Program-made: the position numbers and the translations under genes
Notes under the pieces: generated by a model
What the model was told of the DNA's origin: nothing
The model's database searches: none
The model's input: only the letters and a program-made list of their open reading frames with translations
Shown: positions 40,263 to 50,233 of the stretch, in pieces
Layout of the letters: each line of letters opens with the position of its first letter
Numbering within the stretch: position 1 is the stretch's first letter
Assembly (NCBI GenBank): GCA_965221375.1
Contig: OZ244883.1
Span: 1,444,163 to 1,508,162 of the forward strand
Source of the DNA: an uncultured candidatus Porisulfidus sp.
GTDB lineage: Bacteria > Pseudomonadota > Gammaproteobacteria > Poriferisulfidales > Poriferisulfidaceae
Direction: 5' to 3'
DNA: 64,000 nucleotides

Positions 40263-40417
40263 AAAAAACGCTCCGCAAGTCTCATCTGCCTATCATATAC
40301 CTATCCGTCTCGGCACGCCGATAGATAAAAATCGATTTTTTGTTCCTAATACACCTGCAAAACCATATTCAAACTTTTCAAACTTCGTATAATGGCGCGC
40401 AATTTGATTTTTCTGCC

Positions 40418-41017
40418 ATGCTTGACGTACTCGCTCAGCAGATCTTAAGAACCGACATCTCCGGCATGCCTCTGGAGTGGATCGGCTATCAAGACGCGGT
40501 ACGACTTTATTACTCCGGCCAAGTGGCCTACGTGGGCGGCCAAGACATCATGCGTGTGCGGGGCGGTTACAACGCCGTCACCAACCAACGCACGGTCCTG
40601 AACTTAAATTCCATCATTGCCACTTACGGCAACAGTCGTATGCTGCACGAGAGCTACACCCCACCTCTGAACAACCCGACGTTGTTCAAGCGTGACGCCT
40701 GGTTGTGCCTGTACTGTGGCGAAAGCTTCGCCCGCCGCGACCTGTCGCGAGACCATGTGCGTCCTCTAAGTATGGGAGGCACCGACGAGTGGGGCAATGT
40801 GGTCACCGCCTGTAAGCGCTGCAACAATCAAAAAGCGGGCCGCACGCCTGAAGAGGCTGGAATGCAGCTGCTGGCCGTGCCTTTCATTCCGACGCACGCC
40901 GAATACATTTATCTGCAAGGTCGCCGCGTTCTGGCCGACCAAATGGAATTTCTTCGCGCTCATTTCCCTCGTACCAGTCCTCTGCACTCGCGCCGGCACG
41001 AACATACCGTTCAGTGA
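40418..41017 (+). CDS. HNH endonuclease family protein
   Basis: LFKRD..CLYCG..DHVRPLSMGG..W.NVVTAC..CNNQK. Confidence 0.92.
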   Translation: MLDVLAQQILRTDISGMPLEWIGYQDAVRLYYSGQVAYVGGQDIMRVRGGYNAVTNQRTVLNLNSIIATYGNSRMLHESYTPPLNNPTLFKRDAWLCLYCGESFARRDLSRDHVRPLSMGGTDEWGNVVTACKRCNNQKAGRTPEEAGMQLLAVPFIPTHAEYIYLQGRRVLADQMEFLRAHFPRTSPLHSRRHEHTVQ

Positions 41018-42003
41018 CTTCTGAATTGAGCACTCCGACCGGGGTGCTGCTCACCAATCTGGGCACCCCTTTTGCGCCCACCGCTGAAGAAGTTCGTCGT
41101 TATCTGGCGGAATTTTTATCGGACCGGCGGGTCATATCCTTATCGCCTGTTCTGTGGTGGCCCATTCTGCATGGAATCATTTTGCGCAGACGGCCCCAAC
41201 GCAGCGCCCATCTATACCAAAAAGTCTGGATGGGAAGCGGCTCTCCTTTGCTGGTTTATGGTCGAAAACAAAGTTGCGCCCTGCAGAAATACTTTCAGAA
41301 CCACCACCATCCCGTGCATGTTGCCCTGGGCATGCGCTACGGTCGACCCTCCATTGACAAGGCTTTGGATCAATTGAAGAGTCATGGCATTCGCCAGTTG
41401 ATTGTGTTGCCGCTGTACCCGCAATATTCCGATTCCACCACGGCATCGACGTTTGATGCCGTCAACGAGGCGCTTTCAAAACGGCCCTCCATGCCGGCGG
41501 CGCGGTTTATCAGCAATTACGCCGACAACCCGGGATATATCCAGTCATGCGCCACCCAGATCCGAAATTTCCGCACCGAACACGGAGCCAACGAGTTGTT
41601 GCTGCTCTCGTTCCACGGCTTGCCGGCAGAATCGATACGGCAAGGCGACCCCTACGCACACCAGTGCCACGACACCGCGCGCAGAATTGCGGCTGAACTG
41701 GAATTGACGGAAAAAGAATGGCGGATTACTTTCCAATCACGTTTCGGCCCCAAAAAATGGCTGGAGCCCTACACGGATGAAACTTTACGCGCGTTGCCCG
41801 CGCAGGGTGTCGAGTCCGTCGATGTTTTCTGCCCGGGCTTTGCTGCGGACTGTCTGGAGACACTCGAAGAGATTGAACAGGAAAACCAGGCGGTATTCCG
41901 TGAGGCGGGCGGCCACAAGTTTCACTATATCCCTGCTCTCAACAGTCGCACGCACCACATTCACGCGCTGGCGCATATTGTCAAACAACACCTGCATCCC
42001 TGA
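41014..42003 (+). CDS. hemH: Ferrochelatase
   Basis: NLGTP, GSPL, PLYPQYS, SFHGLP, FQSRFG..WLEPYT and DCLETLEE motifs. Confidence 0.97.
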   Translation: MTSELSTPTGVLLTNLGTPFAPTAEEVRRYLAEFLSDRRVISLSPVLWWPILHGIILRRRPQRSAHLYQKVWMGSGSPLLVYGRKQSCALQKYFQNHHHPVHVALGMRYGRPSIDKALDQLKSHGIRQLIVLPLYPQYSDSTTASTFDAVNEALSKRPSMPAARFISNYADNPGYIQSCATQIRNFRTEHGANELLLLSFHGLPAESIRQGDPYAHQCHDTARRIAAELELTEKEWRITFQSRFGPKKWLEPYTDETLRALPAQGVESVDVFCPGFAADCLETLEEIEQENQAVFREAGGHKFHYIPALNSRTHHIHALAHIVKQHLHP

Positions 42004-42005
42004 TT

Positions 42006-42437
42006 ATGCCGATATTCGCCCTCATCCTGCTGTTCTTTTTCCTGGAACTGTTTTTGATTCTCATGGCGGCTATCGAGCACGGTTGGTCGGTTTTTTGGTT
42101 TGAAGTGGCTACCGCTATTGCTGGAGCCTTGCTGTTGAGCTACAACCGCGAAGTCGCGATGCGTGATTTATTCGGACAAGGAGCCGGTGTCAGACGCCTT
42201 GATCTGGTTTTGCTGAAGAATGCCAGTATTACGCTGGGGGCAACTCTGTTGATTATGCCGGGCTTCATCACGGATGCTTTGGGGATTGCAATTCTTCTGA
42301 TCCCTGCCTCACGATCTTTTTTACTCGGGATATTGAAGTTCGCCAGCCCACCGAAAATTGAACGCCCAAAATCGAAACAACATGGGAATGTCATCGATGG
42401 TGAGGTGGAAAGACCGGACCAACATTCTGATCGCTAA
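42006..42437 (+). CDS. fxsA: FxsA family membrane protein
   Basis: LLIMPGFITDALG and C-terminal VIDGE motifs. Confidence 0.82.
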   Translation: MPIFALILLFFFLELFLILMAAIEHGWSVFWFEVATAIAGALLLSYNREVAMRDLFGQGAGVRRLDLVLLKNASITLGATLLIMPGFITDALGIAILLIPASRSFLLGILKFASPPKIERPKSKQHGNVIDGEVERPDQHSDR

Positions 42438-42447
42438 ACTATCCCGA

Positions 42448-43452
42448 TTAAGTACTTTCCAATTCCATCCGCTCCATGACATAACACAAACAGTCCTGCA
42501 CCACAATTTTCTTGCGTGTCGTCAACATCGACAAGAAAAACGGTCGCTTCACTCGCAGGCGTCCGTTTCCACTTTCAAAATATTCATCGAACAAATCTTC
42601 TCCCTCTTCGCCTTGCACTAGCAAGCGGGGTTCTACCCCCTGAGTCCACTGCCCCAACTCCATCCCTTGCGACAACTCGCAAAAATTATGCTCCACCATG
42701 TTCTTCGGCATATAAAAATCCGCCCCTTCATCCTCGAAACTGAATGACATTCCCTCGGGAATTTTGACTCGCGCCCGGGTGTGAAAAAAGTGGCTCCCTG
42801 CAGGATCAACGGGAGTTTCCGGCAACGCTTCCTCAAACAGCCGCTGCTCCAGATATGCTTTCGCGTGCGTCGCCCCCTCGGGACTTTCCGGCATACCGCA
42901 CTCGATTGTTACCGCCGGACACAAACGGCTGAACGCCATGGAATGCATCCCGAAAGGAGCCCGAAAATAAACAACCGTGCTGGAGAATCGATGCGCCAAG
43001 TGCAGTGACTTCGCATCCAGGCGATTGACGCATGCATAGTGCGGATTGGGTCCGGTGGTATTGTGCACATCAATGCTGGCGACCGGCTGAAGTTTCCGCA
43101 TCTCCTCCAACACCGCCTGCGCCATGGCATGTTCCGGGTCATCGCCGCCATTCCAGATGCGATTGAAATCAGGTTGTCCGTCCAGGCGACGTAAACCCAG
43201 ACGCGCCGCCTGTACATTGCCGATAAAAATGGATAAGGCACGTGGCAACGTGCCGTGTTCAAAATCGCGCAGAATTCCCCGCACCGCTTCCCAGCCTGCG
43301 ATTTCATTGCCGTGCAGAAGTACCGACAAATGTAAAGGCTCGAGCCGTTCCCCAGGCAGGTGCAACAGCGTCGGCCCGCCCAGAAGAGATTCAAGTTCCT
43401 GCGCCGGACATTCCGCCAAACCGTCCGGCGGATCGTTCAGGATCCGCAGCAT
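42448..43452 (-). CDS. M14 Zn-peptidase / succinylglutamate desuccinylase-aspartoacylase family protein
   Basis: LHGNE, DFNRIW, IDVH and TIECG motifs. Confidence 0.85.
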   Translation of the reverse strand: MLRILNDPPDGLAECPAQELESLLGGPTLLHLPGERLEPLHLSVLLHGNEIAGWEAVRGILRDFEHGTLPRALSIFIGNVQAARLGLRRLDGQPDFNRIWNGGDDPEHAMAQAVLEEMRKLQPVASIDVHNTTGPNPHYACVNRLDAKSLHLAHRFSSTVVYFRAPFGMHSMAFSRLCPAVTIECGMPESPEGATHAKAYLEQRLFEEALPETPVDPAGSHFFHTRARVKIPEGMSFSFEDEGADFYMPKNMVEHNFCELSQGMELGQWTQGVEPRLLVQGEEGEDLFDEYFESGNGRLRVKRPFFLSMLTTRKKIVVQDCLCYVMERMELEST

Positions 43453-43459
43453 GATCGGC

Positions 43460-44890
43460 CTACAACTGCCAACGGTGGACCGGTTCTCCCCGCTGCTGGC
43501 GTGTCAAGTACGCCCCCACCATGGACTCCAGATTTCCATCAAATGCGTAATGCCAGGCACGCATCCACCGTGCTCCGGTCATGCCCCGCTCCACCCGGGC
43601 TTCAATAATGTCCAGATAATGGTCTGCTTCCGCCTGGTCGATTCCTCCCAAGCGCAATCCATTGCGAGCCATCGGCAGCAAATTCTCCAAAATCAAATCG
43701 CGAAGTTTGTATTCGCCATCGTCACTCCACACCACTTTCGCATCCAATCCGGCACGTGCGGCCCGGTAAAAGTTGTCACGCGCCACCACAAACGGAATGC
43801 CTCGATGACAAACTTCGCCCCCTTCCAGTACCGCCATCATCAAACCGGTGAAAAAGGCTACATTTGCGATCATGTCAACTTCCGTCGGGCCCGCAGCCAT
43901 GACGCGATGCTCGATACGCAGGTGCGGGTCTCCACCCTCCATGCCGACCAGCGGGCGCGTCCAGCGCCAGATCGTGCCGTTGTGCAAGCGCAAATGCGAA
44001 AACTCCTCGGTTGGAGTGTCGAAGGCTTGCGGAAGGATTACCGGAAACGCATTCTGGTTTTCGGCAAAAAACTCAAACAGTGATTGCTGGGCATAGCCAC
44101 TTCCGCAACTGACCCGACCAATTTTTCGTTTGGTCCCGGTCGCCATGCCCGGCAGGCTGATCGCCTGCTCAAACAAAGGAATGCGCGTCTCGTCCCAAAG
44201 ATCCATCCCGAACAAAAACGGCGCATTGCCCGACACGCCAACCGTGGCGGCGGAAAACACAATGGAGGCGTTGTAGGCATCCACCGCTCGAGATTGCGGA
44301 ACCTGCAGATGCACCTGAAAAGACGTACAGCCCGATTCCAGCATGACGTCCTCGTGCAGACTGTACAGATGATCGCGTCCACGAATATCAATCTGGATGG
44401 GTCGTCCCTTGCGCAATTCCATCACGCGCTCATTCAGCGCCCGATAGCGTTTCATTAAACTGATGCTTTCCAACGTCAGGTCGCTTTCCTGCACGGTCGG
44501 CAGAATGCCGATGATGCCCAGATGCAGATCCATATCTTCGGCCACTTTCGAGGCATGCCGCCAGGAGTCATTGAGTTGACGCTGCAGCAGTGACAACATG
44601 CTGGAGCCCACGGGCTGGGGCTCGGTATTGAACTCCACATTGAAACGCGACAATTCCGGCAGACACAAAGGACTGTCGATGCGCTCCAGATACGCCTCGT
44701 TATGCGGCAAGGGGTGGCAGTCGAGGTCAATCAGCCACGCCTCCACTTCAAATCCAACCTTGTACGTTTGGTTATCGAATCGGTAACCCCTGATCCACTC
44801 CTCGAGCAGTTCGGTTTCCTTGTTCAATCCCTGGCGAAAGCGTTCTTTGTCTTCCTTACTGAAATGATCAATGCGAATTTCGTCACCCAT
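43460..44890 (-). CDS. Glutamate-cysteine ligase family 2 (GCS2) carboxylate-amine ligase
   Basis: GFEVE, ELSRFNVE, SFQVHLQV, WDETRIPLFEQ, HNGTIWRW.RP and RIEHR motifs. Confidence 0.88.
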   Translation of the reverse strand: MGDEIRIDHFSKEDKERFRQGLNKETELLEEWIRGYRFDNQTYKVGFEVEAWLIDLDCHPLPHNEAYLERIDSPLCLPELSRFNVEFNTEPQPVGSSMLSLLQRQLNDSWRHASKVAEDMDLHLGIIGILPTVQESDLTLESISLMKRYRALNERVMELRKGRPIQIDIRGRDHLYSLHEDVMLESGCTSFQVHLQVPQSRAVDAYNASIVFSAATVGVSGNAPFLFGMDLWDETRIPLFEQAISLPGMATGTKRKIGRVSCGSGYAQQSLFEFFAENQNAFPVILPQAFDTPTEEFSHLRLHNGTIWRWTRPLVGMEGGDPHLRIEHRVMAAGPTEVDMIANVAFFTGLMMAVLEGGEVCHRGIPFVVARDNFYRAARAGLDAKVVWSDDGEYKLRDLILENLLPMARNGLRLGGIDQAEADHYLDIIEARVERGMTGARWMRAWHYAFDGNLESMVGAYLTRQQRGEPVHRWQL

Positions 44891-46184
44891 GTGCCTGCTC
44901 CAAGGTTTTAATCAGCACATTCGCATTGCGCTGATAGTTGTAGAAATGGCGTCGCGCCACGGGCAAAGAACGTGGCTGAGAGCGCTGGAAACCCTGCTCC
45001 TGAAACCAAAGTGTAGCCTGTGTCGTCAATAAACAAAGTTTCTGCAGACCGCCCTGCAGGGCGTGTGCTTCGGTATCCGCCAGCACCGCCTTGCCGAAAC
45101 CGTTGCGGCGATAATCCTTATGCACTGCCAGACAGATTAATTCCGCATGCACTTCATCCAGTTTATGAAGACCGGCGCACGCCACAATCAACCCGTCCAT
45201 TTCGACCACCCGAAAATCATGGACGTGCAACTCCAGTTCTTCGCGCGTACGCGCGACCAGCGCATCCCCTTGAATCAACGGTTCAATCAAATTCATGATC
45301 CCACCGATATCATCGACTTCCGCCTGTCGCGGCGTATGCGGCTCGGTGCGCGTAATCATCAAGCCGCTGCCTTCACGGGTGAACAGCTCCTGCGGCAAGG
45401 CCCCATCGCGGCCCGCCTCCAGCAAATGAATGCGCGACACGCCTGACAGGCTGACATCCACAGCCGCCTGCAGCATATGTCGCATGACCGCAGTCAATTT
45501 GCGACGCTTCAGAACTTTCATGACATCGCCGGAGGTCATGCGTGTTGCCCGCTGGCGACGGCTGCGTATCGGTGTCTCCAGGTGCAGGTAGATGAGCTTG
45601 TCGGCCGCAATCGACTGCGCTGTTGTACGCGCCAGATCCACCGCATTCAGATTGAAAATTTCACCGGTCGGCGAGTAACCCAGAGGCGGCAAGACCACCA
45701 ATGCGTCCTGCTGCAGTTGGGTACGGACTGCGTCCGCATCAACCCGTCGCACCTCACCGGTATGTTCAAAATCGACACCGCCGTGTACACCCCGCGGTTT
45801 GGCGGCGACCAGGTTGCCTGAACGCACCTGCAGCTGCATCCCTGCCATCGGTGTATTGATCAAGCCTTGCGACAAACGTGCCTGCAGTTGCGCCTGCATG
45901 GCGCCGACGGTTTTCAGAACCACGGGCATATCGGCAGCCCGAGTCACCCGAATGCCGTCATGACTTGCCGAATCCGGCAACTCGCGATCCAGCTGCACCC
46001 GCGCCCCGAACACCAGCACGATGCGCACGCCCAGCGCATGCAACTGGGCAATATCCTGCAATAAGACTCCCGCACCGGCGTGTTCCAGCACCGCGCTTTC
46101 CAGGCATAGAACAAAGGTGCGGCCCCGATGCGCGTGAATATAAGGCACCGTCGTACGGAATCCTTCAAGATCAAATGCGGGCAC
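44883..46184 (-). CDS. argA: Amino-acid N-acetyltransferase (N-acetylglutamate synthase)
   Basis: PYIHAHRGRTFV, GYSPTGEIFNL and ELFTREG, then a C-terminal GNAT domain (LAVHKDYR.NGFG, YNYQRN). Confidence 0.93.
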   Translation of the reverse strand: MPAFDLEGFRTTVPYIHAHRGRTFVLCLESAVLEHAGAGVLLQDIAQLHALGVRIVLVFGARVQLDRELPDSASHDGIRVTRAADMPVVLKTVGAMQAQLQARLSQGLINTPMAGMQLQVRSGNLVAAKPRGVHGGVDFEHTGEVRRVDADAVRTQLQQDALVVLPPLGYSPTGEIFNLNAVDLARTTAQSIAADKLIYLHLETPIRSRRQRATRMTSGDVMKVLKRRKLTAVMRHMLQAAVDVSLSGVSRIHLLEAGRDGALPQELFTREGSGLMITRTEPHTPRQAEVDDIGGIMNLIEPLIQGDALVARTREELELHVHDFRVVEMDGLIVACAGLHKLDEVHAELICLAVHKDYRRNGFGKAVLADTEAHALQGGLQKLCLLTTQATLWFQEQGFQRSQPRSLPVARRHFYNYQRNANVLIKTLEQAHG

Positions 46185-46252
46185 GGGAATTTACCTGGAC
46201 GAAAAGAACAGAGTATGCTGTGTATTGTAAAGCGCACCACCCGAGCCGTCCC

Positions 46253-47077
46253 ATGCCGTTCTCTCTCACTCGCCTGTATCCTCCGGACGGACAGGGCCAG
46301 CCGTTGGAAGGTCTGTGCCTCGCGCACCATCTGCTTGATCACGCCCAGCCAGACACGCCCTACATCTACAGCAGCTTCATCATGAGCCTCAACGGGGCCA
46401 TTGCCGTCGACGACGGTGCAGATGAATGGTCCCATCCCCGCACCTTGACCGACCCGCGCGACCTGCGGCTGCTTTGCGAACTGATGGCCCAGGCGGACTG
46501 CCTGATCACCAGTGGCAGTTACCTGCGTGACCTGGAGCGCGGCAGTTTGGGCAACCTGCTGCAACTGCCCAAGGAATCAGAGTACCAAGACCTGCACGAC
46601 TACCGCGCCCGTCATCATGCATCCCCTTATCCAAGTGTGTTGGTGGTCAGTCGCAGCCTTGACTTTGACGTGCCCGCCTCCATTGCCGAACATCACCAGA
46701 CGCTGCGGGTACTGACCCCCAAGGATGCTCCCGCCGAGCGCATAAAGGCTCTGGAGTCGCAAAACATAGAGGTCATCGTCACTGACGATACGGACTGGGT
46801 CGGTCATGACGCCGTCCTCCATCATCTGAAAGATCTCAAAGCGCGCACAGCTTATTTGTTTTGCGGCCCGCAGATGAACGGCCTGCTGCTGCAGGCGCAG
46901 CAGTTGGACCGTCTCTACATGACGTGGCTGCACCGACTGCATGGCGGGCACCCGGCGTTGACCGCCGGAGCGTTTTTGCCTGCCGACACGTCGTTTGATC
47001 TGACGATGGGCGAGTTGTTTTGGGCACCCGCCCAACAGGATTTACCGGGGTTGTGGTTGGGTTACTTCGAGCCCTGA
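46253..47077 (+). CDS. RibD C-terminal / dihydrofolate-reductase-like protein
   Basis: PYIYSSFIMSLNGAIA, VVSRSLD, GP..NGLL and LDRLYMT motifs. Confidence 0.8.
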   Translation: MPFSLTRLYPPDGQGQPLEGLCLAHHLLDHAQPDTPYIYSSFIMSLNGAIAVDDGADEWSHPRTLTDPRDLRLLCELMAQADCLITSGSYLRDLERGSLGNLLQLPKESEYQDLHDYRARHHASPYPSVLVVSRSLDFDVPASIAEHHQTLRVLTPKDAPAERIKALESQNIEVIVTDDTDWVGHDAVLHHLKDLKARTAYLFCGPQMNGLLLQAQQLDRLYMTWLHRLHGGHPALTAGAFLPADTSFDLTMGELFWAPAQQDLPGLWLGYFEP

Positions 47078-47081
47078 GTCT

Positions 47082-48245
47082 TCAACTGTATTCCGGCACT
47101 TTATTCAGATAGTCCCGAATGCCGTCGCGCAATGCGCTGGCGATTTTTTGCTGATGCTTCGAGGAACGCAGTAATTTCTCTTCCTGTACGTTGGAGATAA
47201 AACCGGTCTCCACCAGAATCGAGGGAATGTCGGGCGACTTCAGCACGGCAAATCCGGCCCGCTCCACTTTTCGGCTATGCAATTTGCCCACGCGACTCAA
47301 CGACTTCAGCGTGGATGTCCCGGCATGAAGACTGTATTCATTGACGGCGTTTTGCGACATGTCGAACAACACATCCTGAATGACCGGATGGCGGTCCGCC
47401 AGTTCCAGTCCGCCGCGCAGGTCTGCCGCATTTTCACGGTCTGCCATCCACCTCGCGTGAGCACTGGTGGCGCCTCGATGCGACACCGCATAAACGGAAG
47501 CGCCCCGCGCACTGCGCCGTCGCGCCGCATCGGCATGCACGGAAACAAACAGACCCGAATCATAACGACGGGCCAGGCGCGTGCGTACGTGCAGGCGTAG
47601 ATAAATATCACGATTGCGGGTCAGGCGGGGCTCGATGTTCGGCTCTTTCTTGAGCAGGGCATGCAACTTCCTGGAAATCGACAACACCACATCCTTCTCA
47701 CGTGTTTTTTTCTTGCCGACGGCCCCCGGGTCCCGTCCTCCATGTCCTGGATCAATCATCACAACCACCCGTTTGCGACGACTGTGACTTGTGGGAGGCG
47801 GGGATGATTTTGGAGTCTTTTTAGGAGGGCTTGGCGTCGGGGCCTTCATCGGAAAATCGACCACAATACGATCCCCCCGACCATCCTGCGTCGGCCATTG
47901 GCTGACTTCCGGTACGACCATCCTCCGCAAATCAAGCACCAGACGCATCTTGCCGTCTTTCGCGACGTGCGTGCGCAAACTTTTGATGATGCCGCGACTC
48001 GCGAACTGATTCATGCGCGCTCCTTTGCGAATGCCGGATTTTTCGACATCCAGATAGAACCGCGGTGGGTTGTCGATGGCCGCCTGGCTGAACGTGACTT
48101 TTTTGTCGAACTCAAAAACAATGCGATTGCGAGTTTCGGTCAGGCTGTGACGTACAGCGACCAACTCGGAACGGGCGCGCGCAAGTACGGGAAGGAGGAA
48201 CGGCCCTGCAATCAGCCAACGCAGAAAATGGCGGCGCGTCAACAT
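47082..48245 (-). CDS. N-acetylmuramoyl-L-alanine amidase (Tat signal, AMIN domain, Amidase_3)
   Basis: TRRHFL Tat motif; IDPGHGGRDPGA, EKD, FVSVHAD and LVETGFISN motifs; downstream of tsaE (the usual amiB position). Confidence 0.93.
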   Translation of the reverse strand: MLTRRHFLRWLIAGPFLLPVLARARSELVAVRHSLTETRNRIVFEFDKKVTFSQAAIDNPPRFYLDVEKSGIRKGARMNQFASRGIIKSLRTHVAKDGKMRLVLDLRRMVVPEVSQWPTQDGRGDRIVVDFPMKAPTPSPPKKTPKSSPPPTSHSRRKRVVVMIDPGHGGRDPGAVGKKKTREKDVVLSISRKLHALLKKEPNIEPRLTRNRDIYLRLHVRTRLARRYDSGLFVSVHADAARRRSARGASVYAVSHRGATSAHARWMADRENAADLRGGLELADRHPVIQDVLFDMSQNAVNEYSLHAGTSTLKSLSRVGKLHSRKVERAGFAVLKSPDIPSILVETGFISNVQEEKLLRSSKHQQKIASALRDGIRDYLNKVPEYS

Positions 48246-48309
48246 GGGGTTTAATTGTAATCTGTCGCCGGAAATCTTTGCTGCAGCAAAAACTCCCCAA
48301 TCCCGCTCC

Positions 48310-48780
48310 TCAGGAGAAAGTCACCTCTCTCAGCAGGGCTTCCCCACGGGCGCTGAGCGACTGTACCTGCAAACGCCGCGCCTGCGCCTGTTCCCCATGC
48401 GAGAAACACAGGCCGACATCCGCCAAGGTCTCCAATCCCGGCCAGCGCTCCGGCCATTCCACCAAGAGAACCACCCCTCCATCCAACATCTCCCGCAATC
48501 CCAGCTCTTCCAACTCCAAAGTACTCTGCAGTCGATACAAATCGACATGGTAGATCTGAAAATCTCCAACTTTGTACGGCTCCACCAACGTATAAGTCGG
48601 ACTGGGCACCGTCCCCTGATGCCCCAGCGCCTGCAGAAATGCCCGCGTCCAAGTGGTCTTGCCTGACCCCAGCGGGCCCTGCAGAGTGATCGCACACGGC
48701 TCGGTCAGCGCCCGCGCCAGTGCAGCAGCGTGGGCATGCGTTCGCTCCTGGGTGTTCAGATCAATCTGCATGCCCGGCAT
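48310..48780 (-). CDS. tsaE: tRNA threonylcarbamoyladenosine ATPase TsaE
   Basis: GPLGSGKT, SPTYTL, HVDLYRL and VEWP motifs. Confidence 0.96.
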   Translation of the reverse strand: MPGMQIDLNTQERTHAHAAALARALTEPCAITLQGPLGSGKTTWTRAFLQALGHQGTVPSPTYTLVEPYKVGDFQIYHVDLYRLQSTLELEELGLREMLDGGVVLLVEWPERWPGLETLADVGLCFSHGEQAQARRLQVQSLSARGEALLREVTFS

Positions 48781-50233
48781 TCAACACGGCACGCAAATGG
48801 GGAAACACATCGCTGGCAATCATGCCGATCATCCCCTGACCGCTCGCTTGATCCGCCGCCGCAGCATGCAGGCACACTCCGGCCCGAGCCGCCAGACCCA
48901 CTTCAAACCCTTGCCCCAACAAGGAGGCAATCACTCCAGCCAGCACATCGCCCATCCCGGCGGTGGCCATGCCCGGGTTGCCCAAGGCACAGACCCCCAT
49001 CCCTCCGGCATCGGCGACGAGAGTGCCGCATCCTTTCAGCACGATTGCGCTTGAGTACTGTTTGCGTAATTGTTCCGCCGCCGCAAAGCGGTCCTGCTGT
49101 ACTTCACGGGCGCGAACGCCCAAAAGCGCACCGGCCTCTCCCGGATGCGGTGTCAGCACCCAGTTCTCGGGACACGCCTGCGGTTCGTCCGCCAGCAGAC
49201 GCAACGCATCGGCATCGGCGACGACCGGCTGGGACATCTCCATTACAGCCGACAGCATGTCTTGTGCCCAGGCATCACTTCCCATGCCTGGCCCGATCAC
49301 CAGCACGTCGGCTTTCTGTGCCAGGGGCCTCAGCTCTCGACGATTTTCCACACCATGGCGCATTACTTCCGGCATACCACCCACACTACCGACGTTGGGG
49401 GGCTGCGCCAGACTCACGCGCCCGCTTCCGCAACGCAAGGCGGCGGCTGCGCACAACTCTACCGCACCCTGAAATCCGGCCTGCCCTCCGATTACCAGAA
49501 CATGTCCGTAATGTCCCTTGTGAGAGTTGCGGCGCCGTCCCCGTGGAATAGCCTCCAGCACGCTGTCGTCCAGCAACACGACTTCTTCTTGTTTTTCTGC
49601 ATCAAACCCGCCAGCATCCACGGCCAGATCGCAGAATGTGACCTGCCCGGCGCAATCCGGCCCATCCGCCGTATAAAGGCCTCGCTTGTCCGTGATGAAA
49701 GTCGCCGTATGCTGTGTGTACACGGTCGCCGCGCTGGCGCAACCGGTATCGGCATTCAGTCCGGAAGGAACATCCACCGCCACTACGATGGGCGCCTGAT
49801 TGATTTGCGCGATGGCCTGCGCCCACTCCCCCTCGGGAGGACGCGACAGCCCGGTCCCCAGCAGCGCGTCCACCACCAAATCTTCCGTCATAATCGCCTC
49901 CACTGAAAAAGGCTCGATCCGCACACCCGCTTGTACGGCCGCTTCGCAGGCCGTGCGAGCATCACCTTGCAGATTTTCGATTGGCACCATCTGTACTACG
50001 CGCACCGCTTTCCCGGCTGCCTGCATATGACAGGCAAGCAGATAACCATCTCCGGCATTGTTGCCGGCCCCGGCGTAAACCACCGCGCTTGAGAATTGTG
50101 GACAGGCGGTCTGAATGACCTCCCATGCCGCTTCCGCCGCGCGCGTCATCAGCGCGAATCCTTCAATTCCCAGCTCCTCAATCGCATACTGATCAACAGC
50201 CCGCGATTGGGCGGCTGTATACAAACGCCTCAT
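48761..50233 (-). CDS. nnr: Bifunctional NAD(P)HX epimerase/dehydratase
   Basis: GNNAGDG, DALLGTG, DVPSG, HKGHYG, LTPHPGE and MATAGMGD motifs. Confidence 0.95.
   Translation of the reverse strand: MRRLYTAAQSRAVDQYAIEELGIEGFALMTRAAEAAWEVIQTACPQFSSAVVYAGAGNNAGDGYLLACHMQAAGKAVRVVQMVPIENLQGDARTACEAAVQAGVRIEPFSVEAIMTEDLVVDALLGTGLSRPPEGEWAQAIAQINQAPIVVAVDVPSGLNADTGCASAATVYTQHTATFITDKRGLYTADGPDCAGQVTFCDLAVDAGGFDAEKQEEVVLLDDSVLEAIPRGRRRNSHKGHYGHVLVIGGQAGFQGAVELCAAAALRCGSGRVSLAQPPNVGSVGGMPEVMRHGVENRRELRPLAQKADVLVIGPGMGSDAWAQDMLSAVMEMSQPVVADADALRLLADEPQACPENWVLTPHPGEAGALLGVRAREVQQDRFAAAEQLRKQYSSAIVLKGCGTLVADAGGMGVCALGNPGMATAGMGDVLAGVIASLLGQGFEVGLAARAGVCLHAAAADQASGQGMIGMIASDVFPHLRAVLNAGHAD

Noticed and set aside
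43124-49906. Long antisense ORFs (for example 43124-44083, 48730-49551, 49070-49906)
   Set aside because: Shadow frames of well-supported genes in GC-rich DNA, with no recognisable motifs.
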